Part shown: in pieces, positions 20,036-29,935 of the stretch
How positions within the stretch are numbered: the first letter of the stretch is position 1
How the letters are laid out: the number at the start of each line of letters is the position of its first letter
Position numbers and translations under genes: made by a program
The notes under the pieces: model-generated
Told to the model about the DNA's origin: nothing
What the model saw: the letters and a program-made list of their open reading frames with translations, nothing else
Database searches by the model: none
Origin: Nitrospirota bacterium
Lineage (GTDB): Bacteria; Nitrospirota; Thermodesulfovibrionia; Thermodesulfovibrionales; SM23-35
DNA: 64,000 nucleotides
NCBI GenBank assembly: GCA_040753615.1
Contig: JBFMDO010000043.1
Coordinates: 12,607-76,606 of the forward strand
Direction of reading: 5' to 3'

Positions 20036-20086
20036 AGTCACTTAAAATAGTCACTGGTCACTGGTCATTAAAATGACTAATGACTA
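20036..20086. repeat. Heptamer inverted array (possible terminator)
   Basis: gtcactg gtcactg gtcatta ... tgactaa tgacta immediately after the stop codon of the 16-heme gene. Confidence 0.7.
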
Positions 20087-20089
20087 TAT

Positions 20090-21442
20090 TTATTTCTTAT
20101 GACACTGGATGCAGAGCTGACGTTTTCTGTCAAAATGAAGCATAAATTCAGCCTTTGCTGAATGCATGCTATGGCAGGTATTGCATGTTATAGGCTTATC
20201 ATTTCTCGGGTCTTTAACATCCTGTCCGAGCGGGTGGGAGATTTTATGCTGTGTAGTATGGCATATTGCACATGTCTTTATTTCATCTGCCTTGAAATAA
20301 AGCGGATTATCAGAATGCAGGGGTATATGACACTCAAAGCATTTTCTGTCTTTAACAGGAATGCACCTGATAGACTTTAATGCCTTCTCCATAAGAAGGG
20401 CCTTTTTCTCTGTGCCTTCATGACATTTAATGCATACTGCTGTTTCTTTTGCTGTAAGGCTTTTCCTCTTTGATGCATGATAGCTATGGCACATCCCACA
20501 GCCGCCTTTTTCAGCAGTTCCGTGAACATCACCTTCTCTAAATTTTGTTTTATCCTTTTTATGACAGTTTAAGCATAAATCCCTGCCTGCTGTCTTTGTT
20601 GTAATCTTCTTATTCTGTATAATCGGATTGTGACATTGCTCACAATTTTTATCCAGAAATGCTGAATGTCCATAGGGTCCAAGTATCCCGCTAAAATTGG
20701 AAGCATGTCCGCCATGACATGCAGTGCAGTCAAGTTTCTCTGTAGCATAGGTTATAGAAACATTCTTTACCTTGCACCTGGGCAAATGACATTTTTTGCA
20801 TAATTTGTTTGGCGCATCAAGTATCTGATTTTCTTCTGAAGATGCGTGAGGCTCATGGCATGATGAACATTCTCCGGCAGTAAATGGGCGGTGCACATGA
20901 GATTTTTTCAATTGTTCTTTTAATGGTTCATGACAGTTCCAGCAAAGGTCTTTCTGGGATTTAACCAGTAGATATTTGTGTTCTCCGCTATGTGTATAAT
21001 GACAATCTGTACACATGCCTTTTTTGAGTGCATAATGTACAAATTCTTTTTTAAGCGACTTTTTAATTTCATTATGACATTTCAGGCAAAGCGAGTTAAT
21101 ATCCTCTTTGACCAGTCCTTTAATATTACTTGTATGCGGATTATGACAGGAAATGCATTCACCTTTTTTAAATGGAGAATGCACATAACTCCGCGATAGA
21201 CTCTCCTTAAGTTTTGCATGGCACTCATAACATAATGCAGGAACCTTTTTGGCAGGGTCATCCTTCTGTGCATATGCTAAGCCACTCCACGCAAAAACAA
21301 TAATCAGCATAGAGCATAGAACATGGAGCAATGCCCCTTTGTCCCACTTAGATAAGTAACCCCCCTCTTTTCCCCCCTTATCTAAGGGGGGACGAAGGGA
21401 GGTTATCTTTTGCTCTTTGCTCTTTGCTTGTTGTTTATTCAT
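20090..21442 (-). CDS. Periplasmic 16-heme cytochrome c (paired CXXCH repeat family)
   Basis: 16 CxxCH; HxP..G.CxxCHxPH repeats; start ATG 21442 overlaps the upstream stop. Confidence 0.92.
   Translation of the reverse strand: MNKQQAKSKEQKITSLRPPLDKGGKEGGYLSKWDKGALLHVLCSMLIIVFAWSGLAYAQKDDPAKKVPALCYECHAKLKESLSRSYVHSPFKKGECISCHNPHTSNIKGLVKEDINSLCLKCHNEIKKSLKKEFVHYALKKGMCTDCHYTHSGEHKYLLVKSQKDLCWNCHEPLKEQLKKSHVHRPFTAGECSSCHEPHASSEENQILDAPNKLCKKCHLPRCKVKNVSITYATEKLDCTACHGGHASNFSGILGPYGHSAFLDKNCEQCHNPIIQNKKITTKTAGRDLCLNCHKKDKTKFREGDVHGTAEKGGCGMCHSYHASKRKSLTAKETAVCIKCHEGTEKKALLMEKALKSIRCIPVKDRKCFECHIPLHSDNPLYFKADEIKTCAICHTTQHKISHPLGQDVKDPRNDKPITCNTCHSMHSAKAEFMLHFDRKRQLCIQCHKK
21350..21408. repeat. 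REP-like palindrome inserted in frame in the N-terminus
   Basis: taaccccc...CCCCCCTTA-tc-TAAGGGGGG...ggtta; translates as ITSLRPPLDKGGKEGGY. Confidence 0.7.
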
Positions 21443-23393
21443 GACAGACCTTGCAGTTTCCATTTGCAAACGGGTTATGTTTTATGTTTTTTAGTAACCC
21501 TGGCTTTTCTGTTACATGCGGCACATGACAGCCCAGGCATTGATTAATTTTAGACACAGGTTTTATGTGTACCTTTAACAATTTATCTGTATCCTTTGAA
21601 TGGCATTTAGTACATAACATCGGGTCTTTCAAATTCAATAAATATTTCAATTCTGCATAGTGGGACATATGACAACTGAGGCAATCTCCTGTCTCCATAT
21701 CTATATGTCCTTTCCTTACAGTAGTAATAACTATTTTCTCGTGGCATGATAGACATAGTTCTTTAGGCTTAGTTAAAAGTAGATGGCTGATCTTTGTCCC
21801 ATGAGGGCTATGACACCCTGTGCACTTTCCTTCCTCTGCAGGGAGATGTTTATTGTTACTGCGATTGAAATTATCCCTCAAGGTCTTATGACAATCATAG
21901 CATAATTCAAGCATTGATTTATGCGTGCTCGCTATATAATCACTTGCGTGCGGATTATGGCAGATCATGCATTCCCTCGCATTAAATGGTTTATGTAAAT
22001 CCTCTGCTTTAAGCTCAAGAAACATATTGCCGTGGCATTTCACACATAGTTGATTAGGTTGATTATTCAAAAGATCTTTATAGGCAGAAGCATGCGGCTT
22101 ATGACAGGAAACGCATTGTTTATTATTCACAGGAGTATGAATATATGTCTTAAAGAACTCTTTTTCTTCTTTTTTATGGCATGTATAGCATATCTCTGTA
22201 AGGGGTGTTTTCATCATATGGGGGTTATTGCTTCCATGAGATTCATGACATTTTTTACATTCAACATTTGAAAATGGAATATGCGTATGTGCTTCTTTCA
22301 ATTCTTTTTCAACATTAATATGACATGAAAAACATATCTTCTTTTCAGGAGCTTTCAGATAAAAAGTGTTTGGAGATGCATGTGGATTATGGCAGGCAGT
22401 GCAGCCTTTATCCTTTATTGGTGAATGTAAGTTGCCCACCTTTAAGACGGCTGCTTTATTTTTATGGCAGCTTATACAGAGATCATTCTTACCCAAAAGT
22501 GTAACCTTTGGATAATCTGTTGCATGCGGACTATGGCAGCTCTGGCATTTATCTTCATCAGTAGGCCGATGCCTGTAAGTCTCTTTAAATGCTTTTTCTT
22601 CCTTCTTATGGCAAGTATAGCAGAGTTTACCATCAGGTGCGATAGTAGCTATCGGGTTAGGATCATCAATTGATTTGTGGCATGAAGAGCACTGTCCTTT
22701 ATCAATTGGGGGATGTATTGATTCCCTCAGCAGTTTATCATTTGTTGAGCTGTGAGCAGTATGACATCCTGTACATTTTCCCTTCTGGACAGGATAACCT
22801 TTATGTGCCTTTTTAAACTTATTAGCCGTATAGTTATGGCATGTCTGGCATAGTTCCAATTCAGATTTTGTCAGATTATTTTCATGCAGCGACCCATGTG
22901 GTGCATGACAGGTAAGACATCCGTCTGAAAGAGGCTTGTGACGATTAGCGCGAATAAACGTATCCTGTTTATGACATATAAAGCATTGTTCATTTCCTAT
23001 CTTTTTCAGAAGAAATTTATTATCTGATGCATGTGGATTATGGCAGGGACGACACTTATTGTTTTTAAGGGCAGTATGTTCATATGTAATCTTGCCCATT
23101 TTTGCCGCCATATCTTTGTGGCAGATATAACAGAGCTTTTTATCTTCCCTTTCCTTAAGACTCAATATAGCAATCTTCCCGTGACGGAGATGGCATGCCT
23201 CACAGTCTCTGCTGACCATTGGGGAGTGAATATACTTTTTCTGATATTCGCTTAATTTTTCTTTGTGGCAGTCGAGACATGGTTTTGCTTCAAAACCCCT
23301 TTTTCGTATGTCAGGGGCACAGGTACAGAAGATGGTAAAGATAACTACAATAAAGATAACTTTAAAAACATTATTTATTATAGAGTTATTCAT
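21435..23393 (-). CDS. 26-heme cytochrome c, probable lipoprotein
   Basis: 26 CxxCH; N-terminal hydrophobic segment ending FCTCA; Lys-rich. Confidence 0.93.
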   Translation of the reverse strand: MNNSIINNVFKVIFIVVIFTIFCTCAPDIRKRGFEAKPCLDCHKEKLSEYQKKYIHSPMVSRDCEACHLRHGKIAILSLKEREDKKLCYICHKDMAAKMGKITYEHTALKNNKCRPCHNPHASDNKFLLKKIGNEQCFICHKQDTFIRANRHKPLSDGCLTCHAPHGSLHENNLTKSELELCQTCHNYTANKFKKAHKGYPVQKGKCTGCHTAHSSTNDKLLRESIHPPIDKGQCSSCHKSIDDPNPIATIAPDGKLCYTCHKKEEKAFKETYRHRPTDEDKCQSCHSPHATDYPKVTLLGKNDLCISCHKNKAAVLKVGNLHSPIKDKGCTACHNPHASPNTFYLKAPEKKICFSCHINVEKELKEAHTHIPFSNVECKKCHESHGSNNPHMMKTPLTEICYTCHKKEEKEFFKTYIHTPVNNKQCVSCHKPHASAYKDLLNNQPNQLCVKCHGNMFLELKAEDLHKPFNARECMICHNPHASDYIASTHKSMLELCYDCHKTLRDNFNRSNNKHLPAEEGKCTGCHSPHGTKISHLLLTKPKELCLSCHEKIVITTVRKGHIDMETGDCLSCHMSHYAELKYLLNLKDPMLCTKCHSKDTDKLLKVHIKPVSKINQCLGCHVPHVTEKPGLLKNIKHNPFANGNCKVCHE

Positions 23394-23455
23394 AATCTTT
23401 AGTAGTTATACTTTATAATTATCAGTTAAACTCATTCCTATGTCAAGAAAAAAAA

Positions 23456-25081
23456 TCACTTCTGTAAACTTTCTTGAAGAGACTGTATTTTGTCTTCGTA
23501 AATTTTTATATGTGCCTCGTTTTTCAGTTGAGCAGTATATTTTTCTAATATGGAATTGAACTGTTCATTAAAGCACGCCTTGTAAACCGCATCTCTGACT
23601 TTACTGAATTCTTCTACTTCTTCTTCGGACTTTTCCTGCAGTTTGATTATTAGATATTGGGAATTAACTTTAATTATAGGGCTGATCTCCCCATAGGGTA
23701 GAGTTTTTACAATATCCCTCGCAGGCTCAGGTAGTCCGTCAATCGTAACCCATCCAACATTACCGCCTTTTGGGGCTGAAGGATCAGCAGATTTTTTCTT
23801 AGCCACCCATGAAAAATCAGCGCCACCCTTTAGCTCATCTAATATTTCCTGTGCCTCTTCCTGAGTCTTTGCTGTAACCTGCTGGATTTTGAAACGAACA
23901 GGCTTCATAAAGTCTTTTTGATGGCTTAAATAATAATCTTCCAATGCTTTATCTGTAATAGATATCTGGGGCACAATTATCCTGTTAATAAATGCCCTCT
24001 TCAGGAGCTGATCCTCATATCTGCGTATCATCTTCTTTAAGTCAGGCTGTTTTTCATAATGCCTTCTTAATGCCTCATGGTCTATTACCTTGCGTTCAAT
24101 CCAGTTATTCAGAATATCTTCCTTTGATTTTCGGGTGCGCGGAAAAATCATATTTGCAAACTCTCCAGCAGTAAGAGACGAGCCATTTACCTCAGCCAGT
24201 ATTCTTTCGTCCTTTAACCACTTTTTTAATTCTTCGGCTGAATTATTTATTTCAATAGCAGTGAAAAGTTCTCTATCAATCTTAATGTTTGTTTTTTCTC
24301 GGAGAAGATTAAGATATTCATCACCCCGCTCTTTTTCTTTTTGTTCCCTTATAGTCTTCTCTATTCTTCTCCTGACATTATTGAACTCCTCATCAGTCGC
24401 CTCTTTCCTGTCAATCAATTTCACTATGTAATATTTATTCAATATCTTCACAATATCGCTGAATTCACCTGAATTCAATTTGGAAATAGCTTCCTGTATA
24501 TAAGTTGAGATTGCGTTCCTTGTAAGTGTAACTTCTCCTCCCTCTTTTTTAGAAGGGTGGATTGAATATTCTTTTGCAAGTTCCTTAAAATCATCACCCT
24601 TTTTCAGCTTCTCTAATACTTCGCCCGCGATCTCCTCTGACTCCATCTCTATAATGCCCAAAGTAAATCGTTCGTAGTTTTTCTTATAATAGTCCTTAAT
24701 TTCCTTTTCTGTAACTGAGACCTTCTGAACAATCTCCTCATCATGAAGCCTGATAACCGATTCCCTTAAAATATATGTCTGAATAGCCTGCTGAATTTCA
24801 GGATATTTATCCATGCCGGAACGCCTTGCATCCTCAATGATTAACCTGTCATCTACCATCTTCCCTACATGCTCTGATAAATTCATTGCGCCTGCTGAAG
24901 AAAGGTCTTCCCTGCGGTGAGTAATTGTTAATGAATATTTTAGGTCTTCCTCAGTGAGGGGTTCTCCATTCACAACCGCTAATACTTTTTCTTTCTGTAG
25001 AAGTGAAGCACAACCACAGAAAACAGTAAACAGTAAACAGTAAATAGTAAACAGTAGAATGCTTGTAATTTTTGAATTCAT
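23456..25081 (-). CDS. Double parvulin (PpiC) peptidyl-prolyl isomerase lipoprotein, SurA/PrsA-like chaperone
   Basis: Lipobox FCGC; two A.VNG..LT domains; DF.ELAK.YS, GADFS.VAK..S.D.SA..GG.VGW. Confidence 0.9.
   Translation of the reverse strand: MNSKITSILLFTIYCLLFTVFCGCASLLQKEKVLAVVNGEPLTEEDLKYSLTITHRREDLSSAGAMNLSEHVGKMVDDRLIIEDARRSGMDKYPEIQQAIQTYILRESVIRLHDEEIVQKVSVTEKEIKDYYKKNYERFTLGIIEMESEEIAGEVLEKLKKGDDFKELAKEYSIHPSKKEGGEVTLTRNAISTYIQEAISKLNSGEFSDIVKILNKYYIVKLIDRKEATDEEFNNVRRRIEKTIREQKEKERGDEYLNLLREKTNIKIDRELFTAIEINNSAEELKKWLKDERILAEVNGSSLTAGEFANMIFPRTRKSKEDILNNWIERKVIDHEALRRHYEKQPDLKKMIRRYEDQLLKRAFINRIIVPQISITDKALEDYYLSHQKDFMKPVRFKIQQVTAKTQEEAQEILDELKGGADFSWVAKKKSADPSAPKGGNVGWVTIDGLPEPARDIVKTLPYGEISPIIKVNSQYLIIKLQEKSEEEVEEFSKVRDAVYKACFNEQFNSILEKYTAQLKNEAHIKIYEDKIQSLQESLQK
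25021..25058. repeat. Heptamer tandem repeat in signal-peptide codons
   Basis: cagtaaa x3, tagtaaa, cagtaga. Confidence 0.85.
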
Positions 25082-25098
25082 TGTGCCTTTAATCCTTC

Positions 25099-25183
25099 CT
25101 CATTAGTCATTAGTCATTAGTCATTTTATTGACCAGTGACCATTGACCAGTGACTTTTTAAAATGACTTTTGACTTTTGACTG
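25099..25183. repeat. Heptamer inverted array
   Basis: cattagt x3 ... tgaccag tgaccat tgaccag tgacttt ... tgacttt x2. Confidence 0.8.
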
Positions 25184-25185
25184 TT

Positions 25186-26250
25186 TTATCGCCATTTTAT
25201 CTTACTCATTTCTTTTGTTAATTTTGATATTACTTTATAAACCACCTTTTCTGCTGACCTTATTCTTCCCCAGTCAAGCATAATTATACCATCATCCCCT
25301 TTATATTGATAGCCGTCATACCATAATATCCTGCCTGTCCTTGTATCAATAAGCCTTGCGCTGACAACGGCTTCAGGTGGAGCAGCACCCTCCCCTTCAT
25401 TATAAAGCTCTACTGTCCCAACCAGAATTCCGTCAACGCCAGCGTGTTCTGCTATAGTCTCTGTGTTTTCAAAGTCTAATTCTCCTTTGCTCCTTATCCT
25501 TAAATCCACTACTAAGCGTCTGACTTCGCCATACTCTAACGGAACAAATTTTTTGTTTTTAGATAACTCTGCTATAAACATATATGTGGCTATCATTCCT
25601 GCATTTCTGACCTTGCTTTTGTTCTCAAAAGGCATCACTGCAATAGTGTATGTTAATTCTTTTTCTTTGGGAGACGGCGAAACAGTGAAGGAATCGAATA
25701 ATTCATCTGCTACCTTTGAGATAAGTTTATCAATAGAGCTTATTTTCCCAAGCCCTAATATTGTCACAAAATCCTCTCCAGTGGCAGAGGCATGTTCTGC
25801 CCACAAAATACTGCCATCAGAAGAACTAACAAGCCTTGCTGAAAAACCTGCCTCTGGGATTTTTTGCTGGGAAAATGAATTTATAGATCCAACCAGAATA
25901 GCTTCAACATTTAATTCTTTCCCTATTTTCATAGCAATATCTTTTGAAATATATCCTGTACTTCTAATCTTCTCTTTGAGAAGAATTTTTTCCAGATTGT
26001 CATCATCCAGTATCCCGACCCCTCTTGCCTCTAATTTTCTCTTTAATGCAGGCATAACAAATGTCAATGCGTCTTTATCTTCGCTAAAATTTTCAAAAGG
26101 AAACAAGGCTATCTTTACTTTTTGGGATGGCTGGGAGGCATAAACTGAGCTAATAGCATAGAGCACGGAGCATAGAGTTAATAGCAAGACGCATAAAACA
26201 AAGAATATAGAGTTTTTAACACTTAGCTCTTTGCTCTTTGCTCTTAGCAC
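25186..26250 (-). CDS. Two-domain CsgG/TolB_N(DUF799)-like periplasmic protein
   Basis: Two repeats of IA.(F/M)PFEN.S...G..L.V..IL.G...SARL....G.ILW; signal peptide. Confidence 0.75.
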   Translation of the reverse strand: MLRAKSKELSVKNSIFFVLCVLLLTLCSVLYAISSVYASQPSQKVKIALFPFENFSEDKDALTFVMPALKRKLEARGVGILDDDNLEKILLKEKIRSTGYISKDIAMKIGKELNVEAILVGSINSFSQQKIPEAGFSARLVSSSDGSILWAEHASATGEDFVTILGLGKISSIDKLISKVADELFDSFTVSPSPKEKELTYTIAVMPFENKSKVRNAGMIATYMFIAELSKNKKFVPLEYGEVRRLVVDLRIRSKGELDFENTETIAEHAGVDGILVGTVELYNEGEGAAPPEAVVSARLIDTRTGRILWYDGYQYKGDDGIIMLDWGRIRSAEKVVYKVISKLTKEMSKIKWR

Positions 26251-26268
26251 TTTGTTAATAGTTCTTTG

Positions 26269-26853
26269 CTAATAATCATAAAGTGTATGGATTGCATCCC
26301 TTACCACTTTTAAGACAGTCTCGCTCAAGGTCTCCGCTCTTGCCCCGAAATGTTTTTCCCAGAAACTAGCGCCAGCGCTTGTCTTTGTAACTGACCATAT
26401 AATATTACCGGAGTTTGCATCAGCCATCATAAGGGTAATGGTTACCTCGTATGTCGAGATATTTCCCTCTCTAACCTCTCCAAATTTTTCAACCGCACCC
26501 ATAATAACCGCCTGCACATTCAAAACCTTGCCTAAAGCCTTTATCTGTTCTGCTCCCAGAGATTGCTCATTCTTAAGTTTCAGTTTTTCTATTGCAGCTA
26601 CTGCGTCACCAGGGCTGACACAATCAACAAGTCCTGAAGCCAGAAGCTCGCTGACCACTACGTGCCTTATAATTTCACCCGCAAACTTGTCATTGGTCAG
26701 ATTATTTAGAGGCAACACTGCTACCCTTTTTATAAAACTGAAATCTACATCAGTCGCAATATAAAAAGAAGGCGCCTTTTTTCCAGCACAGCCAGAAATA
26801 ATAATCAGTGTTAAGCATATATACGCTATTAAATGTTTTTTCAATAAATTCAT
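26269..26853 (-). CDS. CsgG/DUF799-like lipoprotein
   Basis: Lipobox ISGC; RVAVLPLNNLT; LGKVLNVQAVIMGAV; GASFW.KHFG. Confidence 0.8.
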   Translation of the reverse strand: MNLLKKHLIAYICLTLIIISGCAGKKAPSFYIATDVDFSFIKRVAVLPLNNLTNDKFAGEIIRHVVVSELLASGLVDCVSPGDAVAAIEKLKLKNEQSLGAEQIKALGKVLNVQAVIMGAVEKFGEVREGNISTYEVTITLMMADANSGNIIWSVTKTSAGASFWEKHFGARAETLSETVLKVVRDAIHTLYDY

Positions 26854-26888
26854 TTAGTTACCCTGCCCTTATTATGTATTAGCATCTA

Positions 26889-27485
26889 TCAGAATAATGT
26901 ATTAATAGCTTCTTTTACTGTTTTTCTTGCAGCATCACTCAGCGAAATCCCTTCTGAACCAAAATGTCTTGTCCAGAAACTCGCGCCGCCTGTTGTATGC
27001 CTTATTGACCCGATAATGCTGCCTGAAGTTGCATCTATCAACATAAAATTGATCGTAACCTCAGGATAAGTTACTGAGATACCCCTGCTTATTCCAAAGG
27101 CTTCTACTGAACCGCTCATCACTGCTTCCACACCGAGTGTCTTCCCCATTTCCTGCAGTTCTGTGGTCTTTATAGAACCGAGAGACCTGACCTGCAACTC
27201 CCTCAGAAGTCTTGTAACTTCTCCTGGTTCGACCACATCTATACCTTTTAGCAGGAGTTCAGTAATCGCTATCCTTCTAATCTTTTCGCCTGCATAGCTA
27301 TCGCCTGTAAAGTTTTCAAAAGGTAAGACAGCTATCTTTTTGATATTTGCTATATCACCTTCTGACTTTATAAAGTAGTCGGGACCACACCCGTGTATAA
27401 AAATCAGTAAAAAACCAAGAACCAGCACATAGCTCAAATTACAGAGCAATAGATTATTACGAGATAAATCTTGTTTGCCAGCCAT
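26889..27485 (-). CDS. CsgG/DUF799-like lipoprotein (paralog of neighbour)
   Basis: Lipobox IHGC; KIAVLPFENFT; GASFW.RHFG. Confidence 0.8.
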   Translation of the reverse strand: MAGKQDLSRNNLLLCNLSYVLVLGFLLIFIHGCGPDYFIKSEGDIANIKKIAVLPFENFTGDSYAGEKIRRIAITELLLKGIDVVEPGEVTRLLRELQVRSLGSIKTTELQEMGKTLGVEAVMSGSVEAFGISRGISVTYPEVTINFMLIDATSGSIIGSIRHTTGGASFWTRHFGSEGISLSDAARKTVKEAINTLF

Positions 27486-27558
27486 ATTATTTTGTTTAAT
27501 GAATCACTTGTTTTGTATTTTAAAGTATAACCCAAAAAACTCTGCAAACTCAATAAAC

Positions 27559-29871
27559 CTACCAGAACCTGCAGTTTAAACTCCCGCTATAACTATATGT
27601 TTCTTCTTCTGTTTCATCCGTGGAGCATGAATAATTATATGCAAGCTGTAAATCCAGAAACTTTGTTATATTCCATATAGTATACCCGCTGAATGAATCC
27701 GTGGTTGTTGGTTCCGGCTCTGTTCTGCTATGCTGATAACTTAAATTAAATTTGATGGTTGGAAGGAAACGCCAGTCCAATAAAACTCCTTCAGAGGTGC
27801 TTATATCGCCGTCTGTGTCTGATATCTTATAATTACCGGATACATTCATAAAACTTCCCACCCTGTATGTAACTACAGCAGTTCCATCAATTGAAGTAGA
27901 TGTCTCATCTCCCGATGTCTCACTAAAACCATATGAGAAATTTGTGGATAGCCTGCTTGTAAGGCGGGCATCGAGTCTGCCTCTGATATATTTGGTATAA
28001 GACTCAGATTCTGCATCTTCGGATTCTGTATCTTCGGATTCTGCATCTGTTGAAAATGTCTCTGCCTGTGTATATCCAAGATCAACAATCAAATTTACAT
28101 CTTTATAAAGTTTTGCGCCTGTTGTGAATAAATACAGATTGCTTTCTGATTCTTTCTCTCCAAAACTGTAACTTGAAGTTTTAACTAATGAAAGCCTTGT
28201 ATCGAGGGTGGGTAGAGGAGATGAGCTAAAATCAAGAGAGTATGTATTAGAGCTGTAATCTGTTTCGTTACTATTGTCAAATGACTCGTTTCTCTGAAAC
28301 CGCGCTGATGTAGTAAGCAGCCTGTGAGTAAGCCATGTAGAGCCAACTCCATATGTCCTCGTCACATTGCTCTGCATATCTTCTTTACCTGTTATTGAAT
28401 TGCTGAATATATTCGAAAAAGCACCAGTCATTGAGTCTAATGCCGATTCAGGATTTTGGTCTGACCTGTTTAAAAAATAATTCAGTGAAAAGGTGAGCGT
28501 GTTAGAAGGTCTTACGGTAGTAGAGAAATTAATTCCTTGCGTAAAAAATGTGGAAATATCTGTAGTTTTGCCTGTTTCTGATATTTCATCTGTGCCATAA
28601 GCTTCAATCTCTGTTACTAAGACATCGTTTATTGTTGCATTATCAAGATTTATCACTCTAAAAAATAAGGCGTATTGAGGCGCAGCAAATTCTATCTCGT
28701 AACGATATATATTGTTCGAGATATCATATGCAGAGACAGTTATATTCTGAATGGTTATATCTGTCCATGTGCCTGATTGATTAAAGTCGCTGTAAGAGAC
28801 ACTCCAGCTGCTTGGATTTGTCAGGGTTGTATCTGATGTAATATCTTTATTCACATAAATATATAGGGTATCAACAGGCTCTTGAGATGAAAATAACTGT
28901 ATGCCTATATTATGATATGCGCTGCCATTCTGACCAATATTGATTGTGCCAGCAGGAGTATTATAATCATCGTCAGTCAGTGTAAATACAGGCGATAAGA
29001 CATCCACATTTGGCGTGATTGATGTGCCAGGTCCGCCATACATGCCAGACGAGGCTGACCGTTCAAAAGACACGCTTCCTGTTTCAGTTGAAAATTGTTC
29101 AACCTCACTATAAGAATAATTTCCCTGATAGCCTGCTACGATATTAACCTTATTATTCCATAGAGATTTGTTATAGCCAAGGTTATACGAACCATTATAG
29201 CTGTTATTAATAGTCTTTGTGATGGTACTCAGCGGTGTTTCATCTTCACTTCTTGTAAAGGTCAAATTATATGCCAGTTTTATATCTTCATAGAGCAAGT
29301 TATATGAAGAGCTCGCTGAATATTTTGTGGTAGCAGTGTCTGTCTCACTGACTGAAAGATAGTCATAGATTTCCTGCCTGTCAAACTGAAGGAATAAAGA
29401 CGGAAAATCCCGGGGCATTAAGTCAAAACGGGAATAATAGAACTCAGTTGTATCCCTCGTCTCATCTCTTAAACTCGCGGATGTCCATTGTTCTGTACGG
29501 CGATAGCCTGTGGAGATGCCATATACCGGATTCCTGAGAAAAATATCAAAAGCAGGTTCTGCTGTCCTTGAATAGGTAGATGTGGTATCCCCATTGGTAT
29601 CAGTAGATGCTGTATCCGTAAGACTCGTTCTTAAATATAACTGATAAGAAATTACAGGGGTGAGGGATTTATTAAAACTAAAATAATAATTCTGATAAAG
29701 GCTGTCAGAAGACCCTGTCTTTTCTCCTTCCTCGAATGTTTCTGTATTTGTGTAATTTATATTCAGCCATGCATCAGAACCATCAGCAAACGCAGAAGAA
29801 CAAAATAAGAAAGTCGCTATTGTTATGACTATAGATCTCCATGCTATAGACTTCATTAGTCCATTAGTCAC
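27559..29871 (-). CDS. Large outer-membrane beta-barrel with an inserted beta-sandwich domain
   Basis: Signal peptide (SAFA); alternating aromatic/polar strands; Ser/Thr/Asp-rich; C-terminal RFW. Confidence 0.8.
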   Translation of the reverse strand: MTNGLMKSIAWRSIVITIATFLFCSSAFADGSDAWLNINYTNTETFEEGEKTGSSDSLYQNYYFSFNKSLTPVISYQLYLRTSLTDTASTDTNGDTTSTYSRTAEPAFDIFLRNPVYGISTGYRRTEQWTSASLRDETRDTTEFYYSRFDLMPRDFPSLFLQFDRQEIYDYLSVSETDTATTKYSASSSYNLLYEDIKLAYNLTFTRSEDETPLSTITKTINNSYNGSYNLGYNKSLWNNKVNIVAGYQGNYSYSEVEQFSTETGSVSFERSASSGMYGGPGTSITPNVDVLSPVFTLTDDDYNTPAGTINIGQNGSAYHNIGIQLFSSQEPVDTLYIYVNKDITSDTTLTNPSSWSVSYSDFNQSGTWTDITIQNITVSAYDISNNIYRYEIEFAAPQYALFFRVINLDNATINDVLVTEIEAYGTDEISETGKTTDISTFFTQGINFSTTVRPSNTLTFSLNYFLNRSDQNPESALDSMTGAFSNIFSNSITGKEDMQSNVTRTYGVGSTWLTHRLLTTSARFQRNESFDNSNETDYSSNTYSLDFSSSPLPTLDTRLSLVKTSSYSFGEKESESNLYLFTTGAKLYKDVNLIVDLGYTQAETFSTDAESEDTESEDAESESYTKYIRGRLDARLTSRLSTNFSYGFSETSGDETSTSIDGTAVVTYRVGSFMNVSGNYKISDTDGDISTSEGVLLDWRFLPTIKFNLSYQHSRTEPEPTTTDSFSGYTIWNITKFLDLQLAYNYSCSTDETEEETYSYSGSLNCRFW

Positions 29872-29927
29872 CAGTCATTAGTCATTAGTCATTAATTATA
29901 TTGACCAGTGACCAATGACAATTGACT
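29853..29927. repeat. Heptamer inverted array at a gene junction
   Basis: gtcacca gtcatta x3 ... tgaccag tgaccaa tgacaat tgact. Confidence 0.78.
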
Positions 29928-29935
29928 TTTCCTTT

